A DNA stretch of 64,000 nucleotides from Macrostomum lignano. Its lineage: Eukaryota. The stretch spans positions 124,001 through 188,000 of the forward strand of contig NIVC01001049.1 in assembly GCA_002269645.1 (NCBI GenBank), given 5' to 3'. Below, piece after piece: positions 1 to 11,165 of the stretch (position 1 is the first letter of the stretch; the number at the start of each line of letters is the position of its first letter). Position numbers and translations under genes: made by a program. The notes below the pieces were generated by a model. That model worked only from the letters and a program-made list of their open reading frames with translations. It was not told the origin of the DNA and did no database searches.

Positions 1-390
1 TAAAAAGATGGAAAAGCAAAAACAGTACATTATGATATCTGTTTTGGAAAAATTGCAAGATTTTTATATTTTCTATGCTAACTTTAATGGATTAAAACCA
101 CAGATACTAAAATAACTAGATAGGCCACTAAGGCATATATATTAAGTAAAACAGCTTTCTACTTTTAGTTCAATAGCAATAGCAAAGAAAGCATATATAA
201 GCTTATTGTATAAAAAAGGTGGCTGAAATGGCTTTGATAAGTTTAGAAGTCCAAGCTTGCAAGTATCAGCAACTTGCTAATTGGTTCAGCAATAATGTAT
301 ATTAGCCAGTCCACTAAAAATATATTTTTAGCAGCTTTATGTTAGAAGTCTAAAAAAGGCAATAATTGAATAAAAATTGAGGTAGGCAAG

Positions 391-686
391 CATACATGCG
401 CAACCTCCAAAATTCGGTCGGCCGTGCGACTTAGTTTTAACAAAAATGCGACGTAGTTTTTGGCCAAAAATGCGACTTGCATGTAAAAAAACCGTAAAGC
501 AAAATCAACGCAACTTTGGGTAAACGGCAGGAGTAACTATAACTTTCTTATTAAGCCAAAATGCCTCGTCAGCTATTTAGTACTACTACTTAGGTGTTTT
601 TGGGTGGGCATTTTTGCGACTTCCTTGGTTGGTCGCCAAATCGGTCGGCCGGATCGGCCGACTCGGCCGACTGTTGCGCATGAATG
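391..686. mobile_element. Non-autonomous TIR element (MITE) with 8-bp TSD, carrying a 28S rRNA-derived fragment
   Basis: TIRs CATACATGCGCAAC (391-404) and GTTGCGCATGAATG (673-686), 13/14 match; perfect TSD TAGGCAAG at 383-390 and 687-694; repeated GCGAC and CGGCCGA subterminal motifs. Confidence 0.85.
518..582 (+). pseudogene. Degenerate 28S (LSU) rRNA fragment, domain IV H69-H71 region (R2/I-PpoI target)
   Basis: GGGTAAACGGCAGGAGTAACTATAACTTTCTTATTAAGCCAAAATGCCTCGTCAGCTATTTAGT aligns by eye to conserved eukaryotic LSU GGGTAAACGGCGGGAGTAACTATGACTCTCTTAAGGTAGCCAAATGCCTCGTCATCTAATTAGT. Confidence 0.8.
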
Positions 687-934
687 TAGGCAAGTGGGGG
701 AGATTGAACATACTATTGAACTGAAAATAGCTTATACCCAAATGCTTAGGCCCTATCATATAAAGTATAAAAAGCATCATGTCAAAAAAGAAGTATCATG
801 TTTTAGTTATGTCAGTGTCATAACATAGTCATAGTCATGTCAAGTTTTAATAGTTTGAAAGGCAACATATATGCTAGGATTTCCTAGTATACAACAAGGG
901 TCTTACCATTTTTCAGCATATATCAGGATATATC

Positions 935-1231
935 TAGGCATTCCAATCCTAGGATCCCGGGATTTAGCCTCAAAACATGGGATTTCAATCTTGGGATTTT
1001 TTGGGACTTGAAATTTTAGGATTTATGATCCTTGGGATTACAACAGTGTGGGATTGCGATCCCGGGATTGTAAGGCTTAAATTCCAGGATTGTTTTGGGA
1101 TTCAAAGCGGGATCCCGGGATTACTCTCAGTTAGGATTTTCCGGGATTAGTGATCCCAGGATTTTAAACCATTGGGATTTTAGGATTTTTTAATCCCAGG
1201 ATTATAAATTGTCAGGATTTTGGAATCCCTA
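935..1231. mobile_element. hAT-like MITE
   Basis: Ends TAGGCATTCCA / TGGAATCCCTA (TAGGG-type TIR); perfect 8-bp TSD GATATATC at 927-934 and 1232-1239; many internal GGGATT/ATCCC(G)GGA motifs. Confidence 0.8.
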
Positions 1232-3294
1232 GATATATCCTGGCGTATATCCCTAGATACATTGTGTGTGTCAAATGCCATTTTTTGTATTGGCATATAA
1301 ACCTGGCATAAAAACAAGGTCTTATCATTTTTTCCAGCATTAAACCTGGCATATACTAATACACAATCCAAACTGTGGCCCAATTGTACTGAGTGGCCTA
1401 TCTAATTATTCTAGTATCTACACATGATTAACACTCATTAACAGGGCCCAACACTGAAGATATCAAAGCTTATAAAAAGGAATTATTACAATAGGATTTC
1501 TTTGGCTTTGATTTATGATCCTTTTTTCACCCACATTTTGGTGAAAAATTGATGATAATCCCTAAGTAATTTGCTACTTTAATGATCATGGCTTGCTCCA
1601 AATAAGCAAAAGTTAATAAACTAGGCCTAAGCTTATATGTTTCACTAGAAAAATTGAACAGAATAGTACCACTAAGCTAACCTAGTTTTTCCTCTGGCAT
1701 AGCAATGCATTGACTATCAAAAAATCCTAGCATACAAATGACCTTCTTCAAAGTTGGCATACATATTTCAGCATACAAATTATGCCAATTTTTAATGTAC
1801 GAATTTTGGCACACAAAAATACACAAATTTTGGAGAGCAGTACATTTTAACATAAATATTAACATATTTTCATAAAATTAAGAAAAAACTTAAAAGGCTA
1901 AAATATTCCTTATTATAGATAGCTTTACTTGAAATACTAAATTAAATAAAAACAAATCAAATTCAGGATAAATGGAACTGCTTCCAAAAAGTATGTATTA
2001 ATATTACATCTTGGATGCTTTGCTTGTTGTTTAAATGTACAGTCTACTAAATTAGCCATTGCGCAATTCTACGAAAGCTTGCATTTTGAAATCGTAAAGT
2101 ATTAAAACAAAGCACTTCTACTTTGTTTATCATGTACTAAATTACTCACACTAGCACACGAAAGCGCTGTCTGAATTATACTACCTAATTACATATAGAA
2201 AGCGCTACATGCACATTTCATTGCTAGAGCGACTAACGTAGGATGCAATCCTTCCAACACGAGATTAAATAATTCCTTCAGCTCGTTATGCTAGAATTAT
2301 AGCCATGTACCATAGTGCACATATATTCTCGTTATAAGGACACTTGTATACTTGCTTTTCGCACTCTCGTAAACTGTTTCAGTCACTGACTTGTATACAT
2401 TAACTTAATAAATGGTAAAGTTTTTTAAATATAGTATAGCATGATAAGCCGACGGTTGGAATAATTTTTTTAGTTTGTTGAATTTAAATTCAAATTGATG
2501 ACTAGTGAGTAGGTAGGTCATTACTTAACCGGTATGAGACGTGTTCCCGCAATCCAATAGTAAAAAAGCGAAGCCAGTGAAAGAAGCAGGCAAAACAGCC
2601 TGGGTTTTTATCTCTCACAATTCACTGCAGGCAGTGCAGTTAAGTTCAAGAGCTGACAAAAATTGCGGAAAAATACAGCGCACACTAACACCTGCTCTGG
2701 TCTATCTCATTGACTCCTCAATTCTGTCTGTCTTTCAGTTCTCTATCTCGCCAGCCAGGGCATCAAGCCGGATAAGCACTTGCGGCAGAATCAAGCAATT
2801 AATAATCGCATATGATTAATAAGAACACATCGGTTAGGGGAGGGGGCCAAGGGGCAGCGCAGAAATCCAAACGCAGGAAGCTGTAGTCGCGAGCTAATTA
2901 TAATATTATAATGTTATAAAAACTGGAAATGATCAGTTCAAGGAAGGAACGGGCATAGATGTTAATAAGCAGGCATTTTATCGAATAGTTTGTTGCAAAC
3001 AGAACAGCAAACCAAGCAACACTGCGTTAAAAAGACCCGCTAATGCCAGTTAAGAATGGGTGTTAATTACGTAAATAATAAAATAGTATAAAAAGCAAAA
3101 CAGGCAACTGTCGCACCCACCCCCAAAACGAACCGAAAATAAATGTGCTTGAGATGTAGAAATGTACTTTTCAACTCAGATAGCCGAATGGGGACTGGTT
3201 GGCTGAACTTACAAGCAAAACCCTGTTTGTGGACTGGCCTGGACACGCCGGGGGCACCGCCTTCACTCTGATGTTCAAATATTTAATCACAGCT

Positions 3295-4205
3295 TAATTA
3301 ATGAGCTGGCTGACTCATATTTATTAATGAGCTGGCTGACTCATATTTATTAATGAGCTGGCTGACTCATATTTATCAATGAGCTGGCTGACTCATATTT
3401 ATTAATGAGCTGGCTGACTCATACTTATTAATGAGCTGGCTGACTCATATTTATCAATGGGCTGGCTGACTCATATTTATTAATGAGCTGGCTGACTCAT
3501 ATTTATCAATGAGCTGGCTGACTCATACTCGTATTTATCAATGAGCTGGCTGACTCATATTTATCAATGAGCTGGCTGACTCATATTTATCTATGAGCTG
3601 GCTGACTCATACTTAATAATGAGCTGGCTGACTCATATTTATCAATGAGCTGGCTGACTCATATTTATTAATGAGCTGGCTGACTCATACTTATTAATGA
3701 GCTGGCTGACTCATATTTATCAATGGGCTGGCTGACTCATATTTATTAATGAGCTGGCTGACTCATATTTATCAATGAGCTGGCTGACTCATACTCGTAT
3801 TTATCAATGAGCTGGCTGACTCATATTTATCAATGAGCTGGCTGACTCATATTTATCAATGAGCTGGCTGACTCATACTCGTATTTATCAATGAGCTGGC
3901 TGACTCATATTTATCAATGAGCTGGCTGACTCATACTTAATAATGAGCTGGCTGACTCATATTTATTAATGAGCTGGCTGACTCATATTTATCAATGAGC
4001 TGGCTGACTCATATTTATCTATGAGCTGGCTGACTCATATTTATCAATGAGCTGGCTGACTCATACTTATTAATGAGCTGGCTGACTCATTTAATAATGA
4101 GCTGGCTGACTCATATTTATCAATGAGCTGGCTGACTCATATTTATTATTAAGCTGGCTGACTCATTTATTAATGAGCTGGCTGACTTATATTTATTAAT
4201 GAGCT
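3295..4205. repeat. ~26-27 bp minisatellite (TTATTAATGAGCTGGCTGACTCATAT), roughly 30+ copies
   Basis: Directly visible tandem array; each unit contains TGACTCA. Confidence 0.95.
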
Positions 4206-4697
4206 CTAGGCTACCTTTATAAGTGCCACGGGATCTGCCACCCTGCAGCTGGGATTTCAGATAAATCTGGGAGAAACCGTAGAAGTTAAAAAAAGCTGAA
4301 ACGCGCACAAAATTAAGAGGAGAATGCGGGCAAGCCGGAGCCAGGAAGCCGGCATACTCGATGCAAGTTCCGCCACTAGAGCCTCAGTCACGCAAGGCCA
4401 GGCCCAGCCTCCGGCACGCAAACTGACCGATGCAGGCACAGAAAAAATTTGAAGCCAAAATGGTTGAGAATGGGGCAAAATATAACTAAATAACGGGGGG
4501 GGGCAGCGGGGAGCGAATGAGCGCACAGACGGAGCGCGGGTCATCGGAGACAGAAAAAGCGCGGGGAGCGGCTAGAAAATAAGAGAAAACGAGCACAAAA
4601 ACACGCCGGACACTCCGCAGAGCGCTGTTTAGGTCAGTATCCGGGTGGGACGCCCGGGCCACAGACGCCCGTCAGTTGCGGAGGCCCGCCCGGCCGC

Positions 4698-5250
4698 TCA
4701 CTTCAGCGCCGGGAACTCGGCCGCGTCGTCGACGCGGATGTTCGCCGCCCTGGCGCCGGCGGCCGACTGCGGCGGTCCCGACGCGCGAGCACCGCTGGCG
4801 CCGGCGCCGCTTTCGCCTCCGCGCCCGCCGCGGCCGCCGCGACCGCCGCGACCACCGCGACCGCCGCCGCGACGACGGCCCTCGTCGAAATTGGCCTGCG
4901 GGTTGTTGACGTTCACGTAGAAGTTGGTCTCAACCTCCGGCTTCTTCACGATGAGCTGGGCGGCCGTGGCCTCGGCCTCCTCCTCGTCATCGGACTCCTC
5001 GTCGGCGATGCGCTGCTTCCTGTAGGCGGTCATCTCCTTGAAGCCGGAGGTGTCCACCTTGCGGCCGGCTTTGCCAGCGTTGGCCTGCAGCTTCGAGCGG
5101 TCCTCGGCCTGCTGGCGGCGCCACTCCTCCAGCGTCATCATGGCCTTGGGCGCCGGCTGGTCCTCGCCAGCGGCCTCCTGGTCCACGGCCTCGGCCCAGT
5201 CCTCCTTCACGGCCGGCTCGGCTGGGGCGGCTCCGTCCTGCAGCTGCTCC
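4698..5250 (-). CDS. SERBP1: SERBP1/Vig/HABP4 family mRNA- and ribosome-binding protein, exon 3 (last coding)
   Basis: Acceptor CCACAG at 5251, phase 2 matches exon 2. Encodes MTLEEWRRQQ, RGG repeats and C-terminal DDAAEFPALK, typical HABP4_PAI-RBP1 family motifs. Stop at 4698-4700. Confidence 0.9.
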
Positions 5251-5657
5251 CTGTGGTGGAATATACAGTGCAAATATAATAATATAATAATAGTGCAAAG
5301 CTCAACTGCAATCGCATACTACTAACAGTAGAGTCACTGCCATAGGCTCAAAACTTGTATACTTTTCTTGCAGCTTTCACTAGAGGGGAACTGCATTGCT
5401 GCGGTCCAGACGGAACAGAGGGGAGAGAAGAGGATAGAGGGTTTGAAAGCCGAGAGAAGAAGTTAAAAGTGAGAGACGACGATGAGAGGAGAGATGCGAA
5501 GGCGCAATCCCTGAACGGGCCAGATAGAGAGGCTTTGCGGGCCGGAGTTTGCCGACCCCTGCTTTATTAAAGCCTCTAAAAATGTATCCAATTTAACGTG
5601 TTTTATCCTATACGCGTCTCTCTGCTTTCAAAGAGGACCGAACGCCTGCGGACTCAC

Positions 5658-6399
5658 TCGAGGTCGTCCTTGACGGTGCCCCAGTTGTGAGCGCCGGCGC
5701 CCTCGCGCTTATCGACGGGTTTCACGCCGGTGGTGGCCGAGCCCGAGTGCCGCTCGTATTCGCGACCGCGGCCGCGCTGGGCTCCGCCGGCGCCGCCGAA
5801 GCCGCCGCGACCGCCGCGTCCACCGCGACCGAAGCCGCCGCGTCCGCGGCCGCGCGGCCTGCCGTCCTCGCCGACAGCCGGAGCTCCGGTCTCCTCGTCG
5901 CCGGTCACCTCGGCGGCGCTGCCGGCGTCGGCGGGCGCCTCCCGGTTGGCAGCAAAGCCGCCAAAGCCACCGCGGCCGCGACCGCGACCACCAAAGCCGC
6001 CGCCTTGCGGGCGATCCTCGCCGGCGCCGCCCTCCTCGCCGCCAGCGGATTCGCCGCGCGGTCCGCTAAAGCCGCCGCCGCGGCCGCGTCCAAAACCGCC
6101 GCGACCTTCGCCGAAGCCGCCACGTCCGCGACCGCGACCTTCGCCGCCGCCAAAGCCGCTGCGACCCTCGCCGCCGCCAAAGCCGCCGCGACCCTCGCCG
6201 CCGCGCCCGCGGCCCCGGCCACCGAAGCCGCCACGGCCGCCTTCGCCAGCCTCGCCGCCAGCGTCGCCAGTGGACGGCCGGGAGCCACCGAAGCCGCCGC
6301 GACCGCCGCCGCCGCCGCCGCGCCCGAAGCCGCGGGGCCGATCCTGGGCGCCAGCCTCTCCACCCGAGGGCTCGTTGAATCGCGGGATGGCGCTGCGAT
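5658..6399 (-). CDS. SERBP1: SERBP1/Vig/HABP4 family protein, exon 2 (long RGG/GGFG region plus conserved core)
   Basis: Acceptor GACAG at 6400, donor GTGAGT at 5657. Contains [36 protein letters not shown], the family hallmark. 742 nt, phase 1 to 2. Confidence 0.9.
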
Positions 6400-6474
6400 C
6401 TGTCAGGCGGATAAGATTGATGCCAATGCAAGCAGTTGCACTTTTACAATCGCAGCGATGTGATCTTAGAAGAG

Positions 6475-6697
6475 TGTGTTAAGTAGTTGAAGGATGTGTT
6501 AAGTAGTTGAAGGATGTGTTAAGTAGTTGAAGAATGTGTTAAGTAGTTGAAGAATGTGTTAAGTAGCAGAAGGATGTTAAGTAGAAGGATGTGTTAAGTA
6601 GTTGAAGGATGTGTTAAGTAGCAGAAGCATGTGTTAAGTAGCAGAAGCATGTGTTAAGTAGCAGAAGGATGTGTTAAGTAGCAGAAGGATGTGTTTA
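6475..6697. repeat. ~20-bp minisatellite (GAAGGATGTGTTAAGTAGTT) at the 3' end of SERBP1 intron 1
   Basis: Visible tandem array of about 11 units. Confidence 0.9.
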
Positions 6698-7589
6698 GCC
6701 CAGCAGGATTATTGGCACAGAATAACTATATAGGAATTAAATATTCCATAATTAAAATAATGGCAAGTGTTAGCACCAATATAAATTGTGCAGATTAAAG
6801 CAGTACATGAAATTGTCAGTGCAATAAGATATTAATATATTATTTACTACTTTGAACTAATACTAATTTACTAAGTATTAATAATTCCATGTGCATATAA
6901 CAATATTACTCATCTAGTGTATGCAATATAATTGTGCTTGGCCATAGGTAGAATTTTTATAGTTAAAACAGGTATGTTTTCCCAAATCACTTCCAATAAA
7001 ATAGAGTATATTCAATATAAAATAAAAAACTATTAACCAAATTTAAATACTTATTATCTTTGAATTTAAATGGCTCACAAAATTTTAATATTTAAATTTA
7101 TGATTTGTATAAACTATTTAATTTTTACTAAAAGGAAAAGAACAAGTTTATTTTAACAATTTTTATTTTTTACATTTAACTTCTTAGAACAGTTGAACAA
7201 ATTTTTTTAATATTTTTTTGTTAAGCTAATCTTTATTTATCAAAACTTAGCTACATTAACTATGTATATTGAGAGTGTGCCAAACTTGAACTTGAGAATT
7301 TTTGTACACCAATTGTATACATTGATTGGGACTTGGAGCTTTGGTCCCATCTACTATCTCAGAAATCTCTATATGCGAAGTTGCATATTAAAGGGTATGC
7401 CAGGCCCCTATAGTCCAGATCATACTGGGTGCATATGGAACTAAAATTGAATAGTTACAAATGCATGCCAAAAATAAGTGCTTGCCCACACTTTCAAATC
7501 TAGGCCAATGTTGAAACAATAAATGACTTTTTTGCATTGCAACAATATATAACTTTTTTGTATTGCATAAAAGACACTTTTCGCTAATA

Positions 7590-8768
7590 TGAGGGGTGTC
7601 CCAAAAGTTGGTGCACTTTTTTCACTACAGCCTTTTCTGACTGATCAGAAATATCAAGTCTGTTGCAGTTGAAAATAGAATTATCTGCCCATTAAAATGA
7701 CTTTCTCTTTATTTCTGTATCTGCTAGCATTCTTAAGATATGAGCACTTTTTTGCCCCACCCCCTGTGCTACTTTTACAAATTGCCATAGACCAAAGCTT
7801 TGTATCTGATGCATGAAACAACAAAACATTCATTGAATCAACAAAACATCTGCAACATGAAAGCTGAGGAAAGAACAGTCAAAGTTAATCATCAACATTG
7901 TCCTGGGGCTTCTCCATATAGTCATTACTGTGCTGCACACTTCTGCCATTGGCTGTGCATGTTGTCAATGGCATCAGCAATAGCATAGACAAATTCAGGC
8001 ATTGCTTGACACTGATGCCAGACTGACAGTTTGTGAGATTGCAGATATGCTCAGCAGTCCAAAGTCCACTGTTCCACTGCACAATGACTGAGGATTTAGA
8101 ACTGTCAAAGATCTTGGCCCACTAGGTACTGCGGATCCATACATTCTATGCCACAACAATGCATATCCCACATGGCCAAGAAAACAGAGGAGACAATTGA
8201 GCAGACAAATTTTGTGCTGCTCTCATTGCCACCCTACTCTCCAGATTTGTCAACAGCTGACTGCATTCTTTCCTAAGAGGAAGAAGCTGCTGCATGGATG
8301 AATCTTTGCTTGTCATGGGAGCATGGAAGCATTGACTTGCCAAGTTCTCCTTCATGAGATGCTGCACTCAGATTTTGCTGGTTGATGACATTGACAACAT
8401 GCATAGCCAATGACAGAAGTGTGCAGCACAGTAATGACTATATGGAGAAGCCCCAGGACAATGTTGATGATTAACTTTGACTGTTCTTTCCTCAGCTTTC
8501 ATGTTGCAGATGTTTTGTTGATTCAATGAATGTTTTGTTGTTTCATGCATCAGATACAAAGCTTTGGTCTATGGCAATTTGTAAAAGTAGCACAGGGGGT
8601 GGGGCAAAAAAGTGCTCATATCTCAAGAATGCCAGCAGATACAAAAATAAACAGAAAGTCATTTTAATTGGCAGATAATTCTTTTTTAACTGCAACAGAC
8701 TTGATATTTCTGATCGGTCAGAAAAGGCTATAGTGAAGAAAGTGCACCAACTTTTGGGACACCCCTTG
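7590..8768. mobile_element. Mariner-derived fold-back element with degenerate transposase N-terminal remnant
   Basis: TA-flanked ends (T/C)GAGGGGTGTCCCAAAAGTTGGTGCAC / GTGCACCAACTTTTGGGACACCCCTTG-TA. Inverted arms ~390 bp (identical ORFs 7800+ and 8559-). Middle reads, with shifts, IDKFR..DARLTVCEIADMLS..TEDLELSKILAH*VLR, like the mariner HTH and WVPR linker. Confidence 0.85.
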
Positions 8769-8940
8769 TAATTTGGTTGCTTATTTTTCTTTTTTGTCAA
8801 TATTACTTTAAGTAGAAAATCAATATGCACAAACATTTGTTTAAATGCCTCATTATAAGCTTAAAAATAGAAAGCTTGAAATTTACATTAAAAAAGAACT
8901 TTTTCAACTTTTTCTACTTAACACTAAACTCTTCCATACG

Positions 8941-9717
8941 ATTCTATGAAGTACACACTAGGTGTATATATACTATTTTCTTAGGAGCCAACTATATATG
9001 CCTAACTTTTGGTATACAAAGCCAATGCTTGCCCAAATTTTTGGGTATATTACATGATCCAGAATGTAGCCAGGCCTTTTTGTATACCAATTTGTATGCC
9101 AATGATGTATACCTGATCTCTTTGCATATCAGAAAATCCTGGCATATATGTATACTATTTAGAGTCTGGTATATATTAAAACTAATATATTATTTTTGGT
9201 ATAGTAAATATATGAAAAGGCATATAATGGATCATTCCACAAGAGGGTCCCATCATGTTTTTGAACTTAAAGCACTTGTAACTTTTAAACCATAATAGAT
9301 GGAACAAAGCTTCAAGTATCAGTCTGTGTCAAACTTCTAGTTTTATATATTTCACATAGCTGCTTATGAATTCTAAACAACTGAACACATATCAGAGGCA
9401 TAAACTATGCTGATGGTCATCTAACAAGTTACAAGTGCTTAAAGTTCAAAAACATAATGGGACCTTTTCGTAGAATGACCCTAATAAATATCATTATAGC
9501 ATGCTTATGCCACTTTTTAGCATGAAATCTAAGCACAGATAGGCAATTTCAAGGTTTTTTTACTCTAAATGCAATAATTATTCCACACTCCAGATAATAT
9601 ATCCAAAAATTTGGGCAAGCATTGGCCTTGCATGCCAAAAGTAGGTATGCACAGTTGATATGCACCACTCCTAAGAAAAAAGTGTATGTGCACACTTGGC
9701 ATGCACCTTATAGAACA
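8941..9717. mobile_element. Older inverted-repeat element (arms ~8941-9060 and ~9585-9717) with nested MITE
   Basis: AAAGCCAATGCTTGCCCAAATTTTTGG (~9018) mirrored by CCAAAAATTTGGGCAAGCATTGGCC (~9603); TTTTCTTAGGAG mirrored by CTCCTAAGAAAA. Confidence 0.6.
9229..9481. mobile_element. MITE with ~60-bp TIRs
   Basis: GGATCATTCCACAAGAGGGTCCCATCATGTTTTTGAACTTAAAGCACTTGTAAC mirrored by GTTACAAGTGCTTAAAGTTCAAAAACATAATGGGACCTTTTCGTAGAATGACCC; TAAT on both flanks. Confidence 0.75.
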
Positions 9718-10573
9718 AATTATTAGCTAAAAAGGGTCCATTACAAAACTTGTATAGATTTAAAAGAGTAAGTGTGTACTAAATTTTTTGGTGTGCATTT
9801 GTAATTATTCACTTTTTGTTTAGGTATGCACCGCACCTAGCATGATCTAGACTATGTTAATTATTTGGGTATTTCTACCAAAATAGAACACAAAGTGTCC
9901 ACCTTAAAACTGAAAAAATATAAGTACTGCAAAACTTTATTAGACAAATACAAATAATACAACAGCAATCATGACATCTACAAAAAGCACAAAAAATGCT
10001 TTATAGTGAAGTATTAAATTGTTAAATAGCTATAAATGTTCTTAAACAACATTTAATACCATACAAATTAAAAAAAAAGATGTTGCAAAGGCGATACTTA
10101 TAGGCTTCAATCAACTTTTACAATTACAATATACATATATGTAGTTTGGATGTTTTATAATTTTTGATAGAAAATGATTAATTTAAAAGACGAATAAGTA
10201 TAAAAAGGTCTATATGACTGCTTAACATTTTTCAATGTGAAAAAATGTCTTAGATATGTTATTGACTCTGACATTCATTGTCAAACTAATTTCTCAACAA
10301 TGCAATATGCTAGAAAAGCAACAAACCACTTATTAGAAAGCTTAGAATGAGTCGATTCATTTAATGAAAAATTGGTCCTTACACATTGTATGTTAGATAC
10401 TTTCGGGTTTTGTAGAAACATTTTCAATGTGATATGGTTGTTTCAGGTATAATTTGACTAATTTTTAGCAATGCAATATGTTCAAAAAACAACCTCAACA
10501 CTTATTACAAAGCTTGGACACAGGGTTTTTTTGTCTATAACTTAGGTGTGATTTCGCACCCTATGCTAGATTT

Positions 10574-10852
10574 CCCTATTGCAGCGCATGGCTTAAGTAC
10601 GCCAGACGCCTACACAACCTGCGCCACGCTGTGAAATGACTTACCTGTGAAAGAAACCCTAAAGCAAAATTAACGCAGTTTTAGGTAAACGGCAGGAGTA
10701 ACTATGACTGTCTTATCAAGCCTAAATGCCTCGGCATCTAATTAGTACCACGCCGCGCCATACTAATTGCTGCGCGCTGTATGCGCCGCGCCGCGCTGTA
10801 TTAGATCTGCGCCGGACGCCGTCCGCCAAAATGCCCATGCGCTGCAATCAGG
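10574..10852. mobile_element. Second MITE with 8-bp TSD, different TIRs, same 28S-derived cargo
   Basis: TIRs CCCTATTGCAGCGCATGG / CCATGCGCTGCAATCAGG (16/18); perfect TSD CTAGATTT at 10566-10573 and 10853-10860. Confidence 0.85.
10684..10746 (+). pseudogene. Degenerate 28S rRNA fragment (R2/I-PpoI target region), copy 2
   Basis: GGTAAACGGCAGGAGTAACTATGACTGTCTTATCAAGCCTAAATGCCTCGGCATCTAATTAGT; matches the LSU consensus apart from three substitutions and the altered AAGGT core. Confidence 0.85.
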
Positions 10853-11165
10853 CTAGATTTTAGGGTCCGATTTTCAAGACCAGGATGCACTGCATTGCTG
10901 CAAACCAAAACTGGTCTAACACTAATAGTGTGTTTCAAATTACTGGCTAATTCTAAGAATATGAAGTTACAGACTTAAGATGTCCATAACACTAAATTGT
11001 GAAATCTGCATCTCATCCTTGCAAAAAATTCTGGTGCACTTTTCGCACCTTGAGTAAAATTTCAGGGTGCAATTTTTAAGAACAAGATGCTATTTGCACC
11101 CATTTGCACAAAAAAAACCAGGCTTGGAATGTCTAGATTAATGTAATAAAAACTTGGCTTTCTAT

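Noticed and set aside
518-582. A functional rRNA gene or rDNA unit
   Set aside because: Only ~65 bp matches, it is mutated, and it lies inside a TSD-bounded element; the same applies to 10684-10746.
5687-6482. Plus-strand Ala-rich and Pro-rich ORFs
   Set aside because: Antisense shadows of GC-rich SERBP1 exon 2; the same applies to plus-strand ORFs over 25911-28303 and 39268-41206.
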